Shown here: in pieces, positions 1-8,672 of the stretch
How positions within the stretch are numbered: position 1 is the stretch's first letter
Layout of the letters: every line of letters begins with the position of its first letter
Source: a virus
Taxonomy: Duplodnaviria > Caudoviricetes
Direction: 5' to 3' (one strand)
Length of the DNA stretch: 36,202 nt
IMG/VR virus record: IMGVR_UViG_3300046050_000095
Location: 1 to 36,202 of that record
Notes under the pieces: model-generated
The model's database searches: none
Told to the model about the DNA's origin: nothing
What the model saw: only the letters and a program-made list of their open reading frames with translations
Made by a program: the position numbers and the translations under genes

Positions 1-114
1 GTCTTCGCCTTTGCTTCCAACAGGAGGGCCGGTGGAAGCGCAGCCTGTGAGCAGGGAAAGGTTGATGAGCGCTCCGCAGAGGAGAAGGATGATGTAGCGT
101 TTGGCTTTTCGCAT
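1..114 (-). CDS. Putative lipoprotein, 5' part only (runs off the window edge)
   Basis: Read by hand, absent from the ORF track: MRKAKRYIILLLCGALINLSLLTGCASTGPPVGSKGED. Basic n-region, hydrophobic h-region and LLTG-C lipobox; starts 43 nt after the repressor stop on the same strand. Confidence 0.7.
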   Translation of the reverse strand, partial: MRKAKRYIILLLCGALINLSLLTGCASTGPPVGSKGED

Positions 115-157
115 TGTCGATCAGGTTGGTCTGAGAAGGGCGCAGCGGTCGTTTCGC

Positions 158-883
158 TTAGGAGTCGGGGCGGGTCAGTTTGCCTTTGACCTGGCCGATG
201 AGGTGGAAGGAGTCTGCGTCGCTGGTGGTGACGGTCTTGGTGGCGAAGGAGTTGTTTTCGCTGATGAGATGTAGCTCTTCCGGCCCGGCACGGTGGACGT
301 GCTTTACGTAGAGGTCGCCCAGCCAGTGGAAGGCGTAGATGCCGTCGCCGCGTATCTCTTCGCACGTCTCGCCGACGGCGAGGTCCCGGTCGAGGAGCAG
401 GTCTTTCATGGAGTGCCCGCGCACTTCGGCCATGAACGCTCGCTCGGGATTGAGCCCGAGGACTTGACGGAGCCAGAGGCGTAAGAATTGGCCGAAGCCC
501 ACGATGCGATCGGAGGGGCCTCCGCCGTTTCCCGCCCCGAGCTTCCCTTCGTAGATGGGGACGTGGACCGTCTCGCCCACGTCTGTGCCGGGCGGGAGGT
601 CGAGCGCCTCTCGAAACATGGTCGCCTGGCTTTCGAGGGCGGTTGTCTTCTCGTCGCTGAACATCGGGCCATTCCCTGTGAGTAGCCACCGAGCATCAAC
701 GTCTGAAAACACATCAACGACTTTGTATAAGAAGTCGGCCGGGATGCTTTGCGTTCTACCCCGGAGGTGGTTTGAGACGGTTTGTGGACTCTCGTCGAGC
801 TGACGGGCAAAATCTGCTTGTGAGTCGGATTTCTCCTCTTGGATGGTTGCGAGCCGTTGGTGTAAACCAGCGAGATCATTCAC
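158..883 (-). CDS. Phage repressor, XRE HTH plus S24 (LexA/CI-type) peptidase
   Basis: N-terminal HTH (SQADFARQLDESPQTVSNHLRG), Ala-Gly site (LGAGNG), catalytic Ser (VRGHSM) and Lys (YVKHV), C-terminal LISEN...IGQV; divergent from the early operon. Confidence 0.92.
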   Translation of the reverse strand: MNDLAGLHQRLATIQEEKSDSQADFARQLDESPQTVSNHLRGRTQSIPADFLYKVVDVFSDVDARWLLTGNGPMFSDEKTTALESQATMFREALDLPPGTDVGETVHVPIYEGKLGAGNGGGPSDRIVGFGQFLRLWLRQVLGLNPERAFMAEVRGHSMKDLLLDRDLAVGETCEEIRGDGIYAFHWLGDLYVKHVHRAGPEELHLISENNSFATKTVTTSDADSFHLIGQVKGKLTRPDS

Positions 884-978
884 TGTTTCTTAACTATTCA
901 ATTGTTGCTGGTAACTCCAATCGTTTACTAATATGGTTCGTCCGCATCGAACCACCGTCTGCTAATCTACAAAGTCCG
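884..978. promoter_or_regulatory. Divergent repressor/early control region
   Basis: AT-rich gap. TTGCTG (905-910)-N18-TAATAT (929-934) on the plus strand; inverted repeat TGGTTCG-N7-CGAACCA (934-954) is a candidate operator. Confidence 0.55.
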
Positions 979-1224
979 ATGGACGATTCCCAACGGGAGC
1001 AGTTGGAAGAGGACTTTTTTGATGCCCTCCACGCGGCCGGGTCGACGAAGAAAGCCTTCGCCGAGCGGGTGGGCTACAGTGATCGTTTCCTCGACTATTT
1101 CTTCGCCGGCGAGCGCGAGTCCGCGCAGCTGGAGCGGCTGCTTTGCCAGTTCATCCGCGAGCAGCTGCCGAGCATTCGCCGACGTGCGGGCGAGCTGGAG
1201 CGACGCTACGGCCGGACGGCGTGA
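979..1224 (+). CDS. Cro/Ner-like small HTH regulator
   Basis: MDDSQREQ...STKKAFAERVGYSDRFLDYFFAG; 81 aa, first gene divergent from the repressor; start moved to ATG 979. Confidence 0.75.
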   Translation: MDDSQREQLEEDFFDALHAAGSTKKAFAERVGYSDRFLDYFFAGERESAQLERLLCQFIREQLPSIRRRAGELERRYGRTA

Positions 1225-1279
1225 ATTCGGTGCGGGTCCCCCAAGATACCTTTCTCCTTTTCCTACGTCAAGAAATCGC

Positions 1280-1735
1280 ATGTCGAATAGTCAACGCTCG
1301 ATTCAACACGACGGCCCGCGTCGCCGCAGAACGACGATTCAGGACGTGATGTGGCGCTGGGTGGATGATGGATTCTACACGGTGGCCGACCTGGCGGGGC
1401 TGGCCGACTGCCAGCGCGGGACGATGTACGCCTACCTCGAGGAGCGCCGCAACTTCCCCTTCAAGCGCGTCAAGCGCATCGCGCGCCACGCCAGCCGCGA
1501 GTACGGCCTCAATGGTGTATCGCGGATGCTCCTCGACCGCGGACGGTGGGAAGTCAGCCCGCGCGGGAGCGGCCAGGCGGACGGGTGTCTGGACAACGAC
1601 CTGGGGCCGATGACCGAGGCGCTGGGCTTGGCGCGGAGGCACCACCGCGAGGGCGACCGGGCGGGCATGGGCGAGCAGATCGAGCGGGCGGAGCGCGAAC
1701 TGAACGACCTGAAGGCCGAGCGGGACCGGCTGTGA
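1280..1735 (+). CDS. CII-like HTH regulatory protein
   Basis: YTVADLAGLADCQRGTMYAYLE HTH followed by a helical/coiled-coil C-terminus; ATG 1280 follows a pyrimidine-rich leader. Confidence 0.6.
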   Translation: MSNSQRSIQHDGPRRRRTTIQDVMWRWVDDGFYTVADLAGLADCQRGTMYAYLEERRNFPFKRVKRIARHASREYGLNGVSRMLLDRGRWEVSPRGSGQADGCLDNDLGPMTEALGLARRHHREGDRAGMGEQIERAERELNDLKAERDRL

Positions 1736-1991
1736 GGGGCAGCGGAACGGCGTTCGCTGACGGACGGCGGATTTGGGCTCCGACGCCGATGAGCAACACG
1801 ATGACACTCACTGAACGAAGCGCGCGCTGTGCGCTCCCCGCAATGACTTCACGCAATTTCATGGCCGGATGCAGGGCTTGCTGCAGGCTGCTGACGGAGC
1901 GAGGCGGTGTGACGCCTCACATGCTCTAAGGTAGCGGTTGGGACCGAGAGGCTCCACCCCGGCCGCCTTTTCCTCCCGCATCAAGCCGCCG

Positions 1992-2192
1992 ATGATTATG
2001 CGCGATAGCAAATCCTTTGTTCACCCGCTCTGGAGGCTGTGCTACTTGGCCCTCGGGTTTTTATTGGTCGCCCTCATGGCGAAAGCTCTTGCGGGCGAGT
2101 GTGCTGAACTTCACGACATGGCGATAGCGGTTGGCTCCGGATATCTCACGGGGGAGCTGGCCCATCGGCGGGAAACGCTGCCTCCCAAATGA
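1992..2192 (+). CDS. Small membrane protein, hypothetical
   Basis: Hydrophobic helix LCYLALGFLLVALMAKALA; start at ATG 1992 or 1998. Confidence 0.45.
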   Translation: MIMRDSKSFVHPLWRLCYLALGFLLVALMAKALAGECAELHDMAIAVGSGYLTGELAHRRETLPPK

Positions 2193-2233
2193 CCCGCTGA
2201 CACGTCCTCTCGACCCGTAAACGAGAGGACATT

Positions 2234-2299
2234 CCAGAAGACATAAAATCACCCCACAACGCCGCCAGACGGCGACGCCGCCAAAACCAGAAGACATAA
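2234..2299 (+). repeat. 13-bp direct repeat CCAGAAGACATAA (2234-2246 and 2287-2299)
   Basis: Two exact copies; the second ends on the A of the transposase ATG. Confidence 0.85.
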
Positions 2300-4590
2300 T
2301 GAAGCGCCAGTTTACCGCATCCGAACTCGCCGAGGCCGACCTTCCGGGTCTGCCCGAAACGGCACGACGGATGCGGACAAGAGCGCAACAAGAAGGCTGG
2401 CAAACGTGCGAAGTGCCGCGCGAGGGCGGCGGCCCGCCGGCGCTGGAGTTCGCGCTCGACAGCCTGCCGGCGGAGGCGCGGGCGGCGCTGGTGGAGAAGC
2501 AGCTGGCGGAGAGCGATGCGGCGGCGTCCGCCCGCGCCCTCGCGCGCGAAATAGAGGAGGCCGAGCGGCGCGCGGCGGAGGCGGACACACGGGCGGCGCA
2601 GGACAAGCTGGCCGAGTGGAACGCGCTGGGGGGACCCCAGAAGCGCCGCGCGGAGGCGCGCCTTCAGATCGTGCTGCGCTGGCAGACGTACCGCGAGAGC
2701 GTGGGCGGGAGCGTGATGAAAGCTCGGAAAGGCTTCAAGCAGCTCTACGACGAGCGGCGGGCGGGGCTGCCGGCGGGCGTGCACGACGAGGTCGATTCGT
2801 TCTCGAAGCGGACGCTGCGGCGCTGGGGGAATCGCTACGACGAGCACGGCCCCATCGGGCTGCGCGACGGCGGGCCGCAGGGCATCGACCGCGAGTACAC
2901 GACCAAGATCGACGCGGACGCGGAGCTGCGCGCGTCGGTGCTGGGGCTAATTCAGGACCGGGGCGCGCGGCGGCTTTCGGGGGCGAACGTCCACCGGGTG
3001 CTCGACGCGCAGTATGGCGACGACCCGGCGAAGGACGTGCCCTCGAAAGCGAGCGTGCGGCGCTACCTGAAGGCCTTTCGCGAGGAGAACCTGGAGTTGG
3101 GCAGCTACCTCGACGGGCCGCACGTCTTCAAAAGCGAAAAGCTCGTCGCGCACGGCTCGCTCTCCGACGGCATCGAGCGGCCGAACCAGTTGTGGGAGCT
3201 GGATTCGACCATTGCGACGGTGCAGGTGCAGACGCCGGAGGGGCCGCGCCGCCACGCGCTCTTGCAGGTGGTCGACGTGTACACGCGGCGGGTCAGCTTT
3301 CTGCTTTCGGAGACGTCGAACAGCGCCGCGATTGCGCTCCTCCTGCGGCGGGCGATGCTGGCGTGGGGCGTGCCGGAGGAGGTGCGCCTCGACAACGGGA
3401 AGGACTACACCTCGATGGCGATTTCCTCGCTCCTCGACACGCTGAACATCGGCGTGGAGCGGTGCGACCCGTTCGCCCCCGAGCAGAAGCCGTTCGTGGA
3501 GCGCGTCTTTCGGACGCTTCAGGACTCGGAGATGATGCTGCTCCCGGGGCAAATGGGGCGCTCGGTGGCGGAGCAGAAGAAGCTGCGCGACCGCGAGGCG
3601 GCGCGCCGGCGCGAGGGGAAGGCGCCCATTCAGCTGGGGCAGGTCTCCTTCGGCCCGGGCGCGTTGCAGGCGTGGCTGGACAACTGGGCCGAGCACGGAT
3701 ACGGTCGGCGCGAGCACTCGGCGCTCGGCTGCTCGCCGTTCGAGCAGGCGCGCCGGTACAGCGGCCGCGTGCGCCGGATCGAGGAGGAGCGCGCGCTCGA
3801 CGGCCTGCTCGAACCCGTGCCGCGCGGCGGGACGCGCACCGTCCAGAAGAAAGGCATCCAGATCGGGACCGACGACGCGGGGCGGGCGCGCTGGTTCACA
3901 GCGCCGGCGCTGGCGGGCGAGGCGCAGGTGGGGCAGCGCGTGGAGTGCTACTGGGACGCCCGCCAAGAGGGGCGCATCTGCGTGTACGGGCGCTCGGCGA
4001 GCACGGGGGAGCGCGAGTTCATCTGCTGGGCGGAGACGGGGCAGACGGGCGAGGACCTGCGCCGCATCGCGGTGGAGTCGAAGCGCAAGCAGCAGGAGCG
4101 GCTCCGCGAGGAGGTGCGCCGTCTCAAAGCGGACGTGGGGGAGCAGGACGCGCCGTGGCTCGACGTGGCGACCGCGCAGATGGAGGAGGGGGAGCGCATC
4201 CGGCTCATGCCGAAGGCCGGCGACACGCACTCGACGCCGGGGCTGGAGGCCGCCGGCGAAGCGGTCGCCGCGCGCGAGGCGCTGGACACCGAGCGCGAGC
4301 TGCGCGCGGAGAACACGCCGGGCGAGCGTCGCCGGATTGCGGAGCTGGAGAAGGCGGAAGACGACGAGGCCGTGGGCGACCTGGAGCGCCCGACGTACTG
4401 GTCGAGCGATCAGGAGTGCTACGACTGGGTGCGGCGCGCCTGTGCGGCGGGGCGGCGCGACCGAATCGAGGACAACGACTGGCAGATCGCCGAGCAGTTT
4501 GCTGACGACCTCGGGCTGGAGCTGCCCCCGCGCGAGTCGCCTTCGGGAGATGGCGATGAGGACGGCTCGCCCTTGCGCAAGGTGGTTTGA
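2299..4590 (+). CDS. MuA-like DDE transposase
   Basis: N-terminal Mu-type DNA-binding domain (FTASELAEADLPGLP...GW...GGG...LDSLPAEAR) and DDE motifs WELDST, RLDNGKDY, KPFVERVF; Mu-type C-terminal barrel (RTVQKKGI). Confidence 0.95.
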   Translation: MKRQFTASELAEADLPGLPETARRMRTRAQQEGWQTCEVPREGGGPPALEFALDSLPAEARAALVEKQLAESDAAASARALAREIEEAERRAAEADTRAAQDKLAEWNALGGPQKRRAEARLQIVLRWQTYRESVGGSVMKARKGFKQLYDERRAGLPAGVHDEVDSFSKRTLRRWGNRYDEHGPIGLRDGGPQGIDREYTTKIDADAELRASVLGLIQDRGARRLSGANVHRVLDAQYGDDPAKDVPSKASVRRYLKAFREENLELGSYLDGPHVFKSEKLVAHGSLSDGIERPNQLWELDSTIATVQVQTPEGPRRHALLQVVDVYTRRVSFLLSETSNSAAIALLLRRAMLAWGVPEEVRLDNGKDYTSMAISSLLDTLNIGVERCDPFAPEQKPFVERVFRTLQDSEMMLLPGQMGRSVAEQKKLRDREAARRREGKAPIQLGQVSFGPGALQAWLDNWAEHGYGRREHSALGCSPFEQARRYSGRVRRIEEERALDGLLEPVPRGGTRTVQKKGIQIGTDDAGRARWFTAPALAGEAQVGQRVECYWDARQEGRICVYGRSASTGEREFICWAETGQTGEDLRRIAVESKRKQQERLREEVRRLKADVGEQDAPWLDVATAQMEEGERIRLMPKAGDTHSTPGLEAAGEAVAAREALDTERELRAENTPGERRRIAELEKAEDDEAVGDLERPTYWSSDQECYDWVRRACAAGRRDRIEDNDWQIAEQFADDLGLELPPRESPSGDGDEDGSPLRKVV

Positions 4591-4637
4591 CTCGATCCTT
4601 TGTTCGTTTCTTCTCACGCCTCACGTAAACCCCTCTT

Positions 4638-5093
4638 ATGGCTACTAAAAAGACGATGCAAGAGCGCACGGATGACCTTTCCGAAAAGGCTGCTGATGAA
4701 AAAACGGGCCGCGTTCCGGCGGGGCGTCTTTTGGCGGCCAAGCGTGCGCTGTCGGCGATGATGCTGGCGGCGCTGGAAACCGATGACACGGAGGTGCTGC
4801 GGTGTTACATCGGTCCGTACTGCGCGCTTGCCCAGCTGGCCATCGAGCGCGACGCCTACGCGGCGGAGGCGCCGGCCCGCGAGGAGGACGAGGGGGCTCG
4901 CGAGGAGCCGACGGCGGCGGGGGCGCTGCTCCTGGAGCGCCTGCGCGCGTTCGAGCAGGCGTACCGGGGCGTGATGGACGCGCGGGCCAATGAGGTTTCG
5001 GTCGATCCCGACGCGCTCTACGAGGCGGTCGATGCGCTTCTCGACGCTGCTGACGAGGTAGGGTACTACCGCCGCCTCAAGGACGACGTGTGA
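4638..5093 (+). CDS. Hypothetical acidic helical protein
   Basis: 151-aa ORF with phage-like codon use and a pyrimidine-rich leader; no motif recognised. Confidence 0.7.
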   Translation: MATKKTMQERTDDLSEKAADEKTGRVPAGRLLAAKRALSAMMLAALETDDTEVLRCYIGPYCALAQLAIERDAYAAEAPAREEDEGAREEPTAAGALLLERLRAFEQAYRGVMDARANEVSVDPDALYEAVDALLDAADEVGYYRRLKDDV

Positions 5094-5239
5094 CAGGAGA
5101 CGATGGGGCCTTGTGGGGGCCGAAGGTCATACCCTCCGCGGTGCATGCTCCTGTGGTGCATCGTGCCCCTACGACTGCTCTGGCATCGAGTTAACTCCAT
5201 CCTTCGCCCGCTTCCCCCCCTTCCCTCCTGGGACTACTG

Positions 5240-5425
5240 ATGACTGACGCCGTCCGCCGCTTTTCCGAGCACCTCGCGCCCATCACGATCGCCACGACCG
5301 AGACGCCGCCGGAGCTACGCCGCTTGGCCGTGCGCCTCGTCGCCGAGATCGGGCCGCATCGCACCGCCTACCTCTTCGGCGTGGCCCGCAGCACACTGGA
5401 CAACTGGTGCCGCCGACGCCGCTGA
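5240..5425 (+). CDS. Small HTH protein
   Basis: TPPELRRLAVRLV...HRTAYLFGVARSTLDNW HTH pattern. Confidence 0.7.
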   Translation: MTDAVRRFSEHLAPITIATTETPPELRRLAVRLVAEIGPHRTAYLFGVARSTLDNWCRRRR

Positions 5426-5490
5426 CGGGCCGCCCTCCGCTCCCCACGACTCGACCCTTTCACTCCACCCACCAAACCGCCTTCCGGCCC

Positions 5491-6279
5491 ATGCGCCACA
5501 AGACCGTCAAGACCTCGAACGTCGTCCGTTTCCTCTCCGCCGTGCGCGACGCGCACGGGCGCTCGCCCAACGAAGAGGGCATGATCTACCTCGCCGGCGA
5601 GCCGGGCGAGGGCAAGACGACGACGATTTCCTATTGCTGGAATACGCTCGGTGGGGCGTACCTGCGCGCGATGCGGCACTGGACGCCGCTGTCGATGCTG
5701 CAGGCGCTCTGCCGCGAGCTGGAGCTGGAGCGGAGCGGGCGCACGGCGTACTGCTTCGAGCGCATCACCGAGGAGCTGGTCGCCCGCGAGCAGTTCACGC
5801 TCTTCGTCGATGAAGTCGATTACCTCTTTTCGAGCGCCGATTTGCTCGACACGCTGCGCGACCTGTACGACGTGACGCGCACGCCGGTGGTGTTTTGCGG
5901 GGAGGACAAGAACGCCAAGCGCCTGCAGCAGAACGACCGCTTCAGCCGGTTTCGGCGCCGTTTCCTGCGGTGGGTGGAGTTCGACGGCATCACCGAGGAG
6001 GACGCGCTGAAGGTGGCCGGCGAGCTGGTGGAGGAGACGAGCGTGGCCGCGCCGCTGGCGAAGGCGGCGCACGCGGAGGCCGCCGGCAACATCGACGCGC
6101 TGGTGAGCCGGCTCGGCGAGATCGAGCGCTTCGGGCAGCGCAACGGGCTGGAGGAGGTGACGCGCCGCCAGTGGGAGGACGCGCAGCCCGAGCAGGGGCC
6201 GGGGAGCGGCGGGGCGGTCTCGCTCGGCGCGCCCCGCTCGAACGGGCACGCGGCGGCGAAGCGGGTGGCGGGCGCGTAA
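5491..6279 (+). CDS. MuB-like AAA+ transposition ATPase
   Basis: Walker A GEPGEGKTT, Walker B LFVDEVD, DTLRDLYD...PVVFCG; start moved to ATG 5491. Confidence 0.92.
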   Translation: MRHKTVKTSNVVRFLSAVRDAHGRSPNEEGMIYLAGEPGEGKTTTISYCWNTLGGAYLRAMRHWTPLSMLQALCRELELERSGRTAYCFERITEELVAREQFTLFVDEVDYLFSSADLLDTLRDLYDVTRTPVVFCGEDKNAKRLQQNDRFSRFRRRFLRWVEFDGITEEDALKVAGELVEETSVAAPLAKAAHAEAAGNIDALVSRLGEIERFGQRNGLEEVTRRQWEDAQPEQGPGSGGAVSLGAPRSNGHAAAKRVAGA

Positions 6280-6319
6280 GGACTCCTTTCGCTCTTTCTC
6301 GAAAAAAACTGACGAGACG

Positions 6320-6856
6320 ATGCCAAAGATCGACCCCGACGCGAAGACCGACCGCGAGCGCGCCTGGGAGCACGTGAAGCAGCGCCGCACCTTCTGGGTC
6401 ACTGACTTGGTGGAGGAGGTCGGCATGTCGCGCTCGAACGCGCAGCGGTTCTGCCGCGAGCTGGAAAGGCGGGGCGTGCTGGAGGGACGCCGGGAAGCCC
6501 GGCCGAGCGGTACGACGGAGAAGCGGTACCGGCTGGCCTGCGTCCCGAACTCGCGCCGCCCGTGGCTGGGCGATCCCGAGTCGCTGACGTGGCAGCAACA
6601 GGTGTGGAACACGATGCGCATGATGCGCCGCTTCACGCTCGACGAGGTGATGCGCGGCCTTTCGGAAGACCCCGGGGCCGCCTACGACACGATCCGGCGG
6701 TGGGCGAAGGTGCTGGCCGAGGCGGGCGTGCTGCACCGGCTGGGGCGCGACGGCGACGGGCGCCACATCTACCGCCTCGCCGCCCACGGGCGCCCGGAGC
6801 CGCCCACGGTGCGCGCCGGCAAGGTGCTTACTGACGACGACCTTTCTTCTGACTGA
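6320..6856 (+). CDS. Tandem winged-HTH protein
   Basis: Two wHTH-like units (FWVTDLVEEVGMSRSNAQRFCRELERRGVL and FTLDEVM...IRRWAKVLAEAGVL), each ending in YRL. Confidence 0.75.
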   Translation: MPKIDPDAKTDRERAWEHVKQRRTFWVTDLVEEVGMSRSNAQRFCRELERRGVLEGRREARPSGTTEKRYRLACVPNSRRPWLGDPESLTWQQQVWNTMRMMRRFTLDEVMRGLSEDPGAAYDTIRRWAKVLAEAGVLHRLGRDGDGRHIYRLAAHGRPEPPTVRAGKVLTDDDLSSD

Positions 6857-6876
6857 CCCCTCCCCCTCTGCAAACG

Positions 6877-7221
6877 ATGAGCGACAAACAGCAGTCCCCG
6901 ACCGGAGCCCACTGGCGCGAGCTTTTGAAGCGCGCGGTCGCCGAGCGCGGCACGAGCGCCGTGGCGCGCGCGCTGGAGTACAGCCCGGCGGTGGTGTCCC
7001 AGACCCTGAAAGGCCAATACGCCGGGCGCGTGGACCGCGTGGCCACGCGGGTGATGGAAGTCTTCGGGCAGGAGGAGGTGGAGTGCCCGGTGCTGGGGAC
7101 CATCGCCCGCGAGCGTTGCGGTCGCATCCGGCGCTCGGATTTTCGCGCCACGAACCCGACGCGCATCCAGCTCTGGAAAACCTGCCCGACGTGCCCGAAC
7201 AACCCCGACGCCGGGGGTTGA
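6877..7221 (+). CDS. HTH protein with Cys-rich putative Zn-binding C-terminus
   Basis: TSAVARALEYSPAVVSQTLKGQYAG followed by VECPVLG...C...CPTCP. Confidence 0.8.
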   Translation: MSDKQQSPTGAHWRELLKRAVAERGTSAVARALEYSPAVVSQTLKGQYAGRVDRVATRVMEVFGQEEVECPVLGTIARERCGRIRRSDFRATNPTRIQLWKTCPTCPNNPDAGG

Positions 7222-7263
7222 CGCCCGGTTCTTTTCTTCTCACTCACCCCCGCATCCTCTACC

Positions 7264-7626
7264 ATGATGCCTCTTCAAGACGGACTTCTTCAAGACGGAC
7301 TTCTCGTCGTTCTTTGCGCCGCAAGTTTCGCGCTCCTCGCGTTCGGGTTGTCGTCGCTCATCGAGATGCACTGGCGGAAGGGTACGAACGCGCGGCGGCC
7401 GGAGGAGCGCTCGGGGGCGGACCTCTCGGCCGAGCGGTTGATGGAGCAGCGCGAGATCACGTACTGGGCCGAGCGCTACGAGCAGAGCGGCGCGTGCGCG
7501 CTGGGGGGATGCTCCTTCGAGGAGTACCTGCAGCGCCCGCATTACTACGAGAGGATCGCCGCGGCGCGCCGTGATTTGCGCCGCCGTCTGAAGGCCTCGG
7601 TGCGCGCGCCGGCGCGGCGCAACTGA
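7264..7626 (+). CDS. Membrane-anchored hypothetical protein
   Basis: N-terminal hydrophobic helix LLVVLCAASFALLAFGLSSLI. Confidence 0.6.
   Translation: MMPLQDGLLQDGLLVVLCAASFALLAFGLSSLIEMHWRKGTNARRPEERSGADLSAERLMEQREITYWAERYEQSGACALGGCSFEEYLQRPHYYERIAAARRDLRRRLKASVRAPARRN
7273..7302 (+). repeat. 15-bp tandem duplication CTTCAAGACGGACTT x2 (LQDGL-LQDGL)
   Basis: Exact in-frame tandem copy. Confidence 0.9.
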
Positions 7627-7682
7627 AAGCCGGGCGACCGACCTCATCTGCACTTCATTCGCTCACGACACCTTCCGGAGCC

Positions 7683-8156
7683 ATGACGCAGAAAGAGCAG
7701 GTCCTCGACCACCTTCGCAGCGGCGACTCGCTGACGAGCATGGACGCGGTGCGCCTTTTCAACATCACGCGACTGGCGGCGCGCATCTACGAACTGCGGC
7801 AGGACGGGCACCCCATTCAAGACGAGACCATCGTCAAGCAGACCGCCGACGGCCGAACGCAGAATTTCAGCCGCTATTATCTCGACGCGAGCGACGGGGC
7901 CGCGAGCGAACCGTCCGCCGACGAAGAGCCGGAGCAGCAGGCGTCCTTCGGCGACCTGGCCGTCGGCGCACGCTTCGAGCTGGACGGGCGCGAGTGGGAG
8001 AAGCACGGGGCGTTCCGCGCCATGTCTCCCAGCGGCCCGGGCGGCGGCTTTCGGGAGGTGGCGCCCGGGCAGACCGTCACGATCACGGACGTTCAGGAAG
8101 GCTGGGTGAACGGCGACAAGGAGGTTCTCGAACACACCGAGCCGGAGGACGCATGA
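7683..8156 (+). CDS. Winged-HTH protein (HTH_39-like) with acidic C-terminal domain
   Basis: TQKEQVLDHLRSGDSLTSMDA...ITRLAARIYELRQDGHPI...YYL. Confidence 0.8.
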   Translation: MTQKEQVLDHLRSGDSLTSMDAVRLFNITRLAARIYELRQDGHPIQDETIVKQTADGRTQNFSRYYLDASDGAASEPSADEEPEQQASFGDLAVGARFELDGREWEKHGAFRAMSPSGPGGGFREVAPGQTVTITDVQEGWVNGDKEVLEHTEPEDA

Positions 8157-8177
8157 GCACCAATTGACCCTCTCCCT

Positions 8178-8672
8178 GTGATGCCCGAAGAGACCGACGT
8201 TCAGGAGACCGAAAGCGAAGAGGAGCCGACGCCGGAGCAGCTGCGGTGGGCAGGCCTCCAGCTGGAGCGCCTCGAGGCCGAGCAGTGCATCGTGATGGTG
8301 TCCGGCGATGACGATCAGCCGGAAAAGGCGGCCCGGGCGCTGCGCGACGCCGCGAAGGAGAAATGCCTCGCGCAAGTGGCCATCGTCGAGGCGCCGCGGC
8401 GGGACCGCTTCGGCGTGGAGCAGGTGAAGCTGAGTGCGGAGCTGAAAGGGGCGCGCCGGCAGCTCCTCCTGGGGCGGGCGCAGCGGCACGGGACGCGCGA
8501 CAGCGCGCAGGAGGTGCTCGCGGCGGCGCTGGAGTCCATCGGGCGCGGCGACGTCGGCGTGGCGGTGGTGCCGATGGGCGTGGCGCTCGACGAGGTGAGC
8601 GAGGACGTGATGCGGGAGCACGGCTGGGTGCGCGCGAGCGAGATTACGGAAGAAGGTGAGAGCAACGCATGA
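8178..8672 (+). CDS. Hypothetical protein
   Basis: Acidic ORF, ATGA-coupled to the next gene; start GTG 8178 or ATG 8181. Confidence 0.7.
   Translation: MMPEETDVQETESEEEPTPEQLRWAGLQLERLEAEQCIVMVSGDDDQPEKAARALRDAAKEKCLAQVAIVEAPRRDRFGVEQVKLSAELKGARRQLLLGRAQRHGTRDSAQEVLAAALESIGRGDVGVAVVPMGVALDEVSEDVMREHGWVRASEITEEGESNA

Noticed and set aside
1-157. Prophage left end (attL)
   Set aside because: The window starts inside a coding sequence and no repeated transposase-binding sites are visible.
772-1279. Long upstream starts given in the ORF track (772, 1019; likewise 5407, 9389, 9873, 11361, 12967, 13271, 17696, 18060, 22149, 30929)
   Set aside because: They overlap neighbouring genes or promoters; downstream starts with coupling or typical leaders fit better.
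1929-1971. Possible tRNA fragment (GGCTCCACCCC resembles a T-arm)
   Set aside because: No cloverleaf, no GTTC, no anticodon arm.
2406-4617. 699-aa plus-strand and 556-aa minus-strand ORFs overlapping the transposase
   Set aside because: R/G/A-rich or antisense shadow frames expected from strong GC3 bias; no motifs.
7210-7240. CCGGG/CCCGG hairpin plus T-rich run as a terminator
   Set aside because: Short stem; the T/C tract is equally explained as the next gene's leader.
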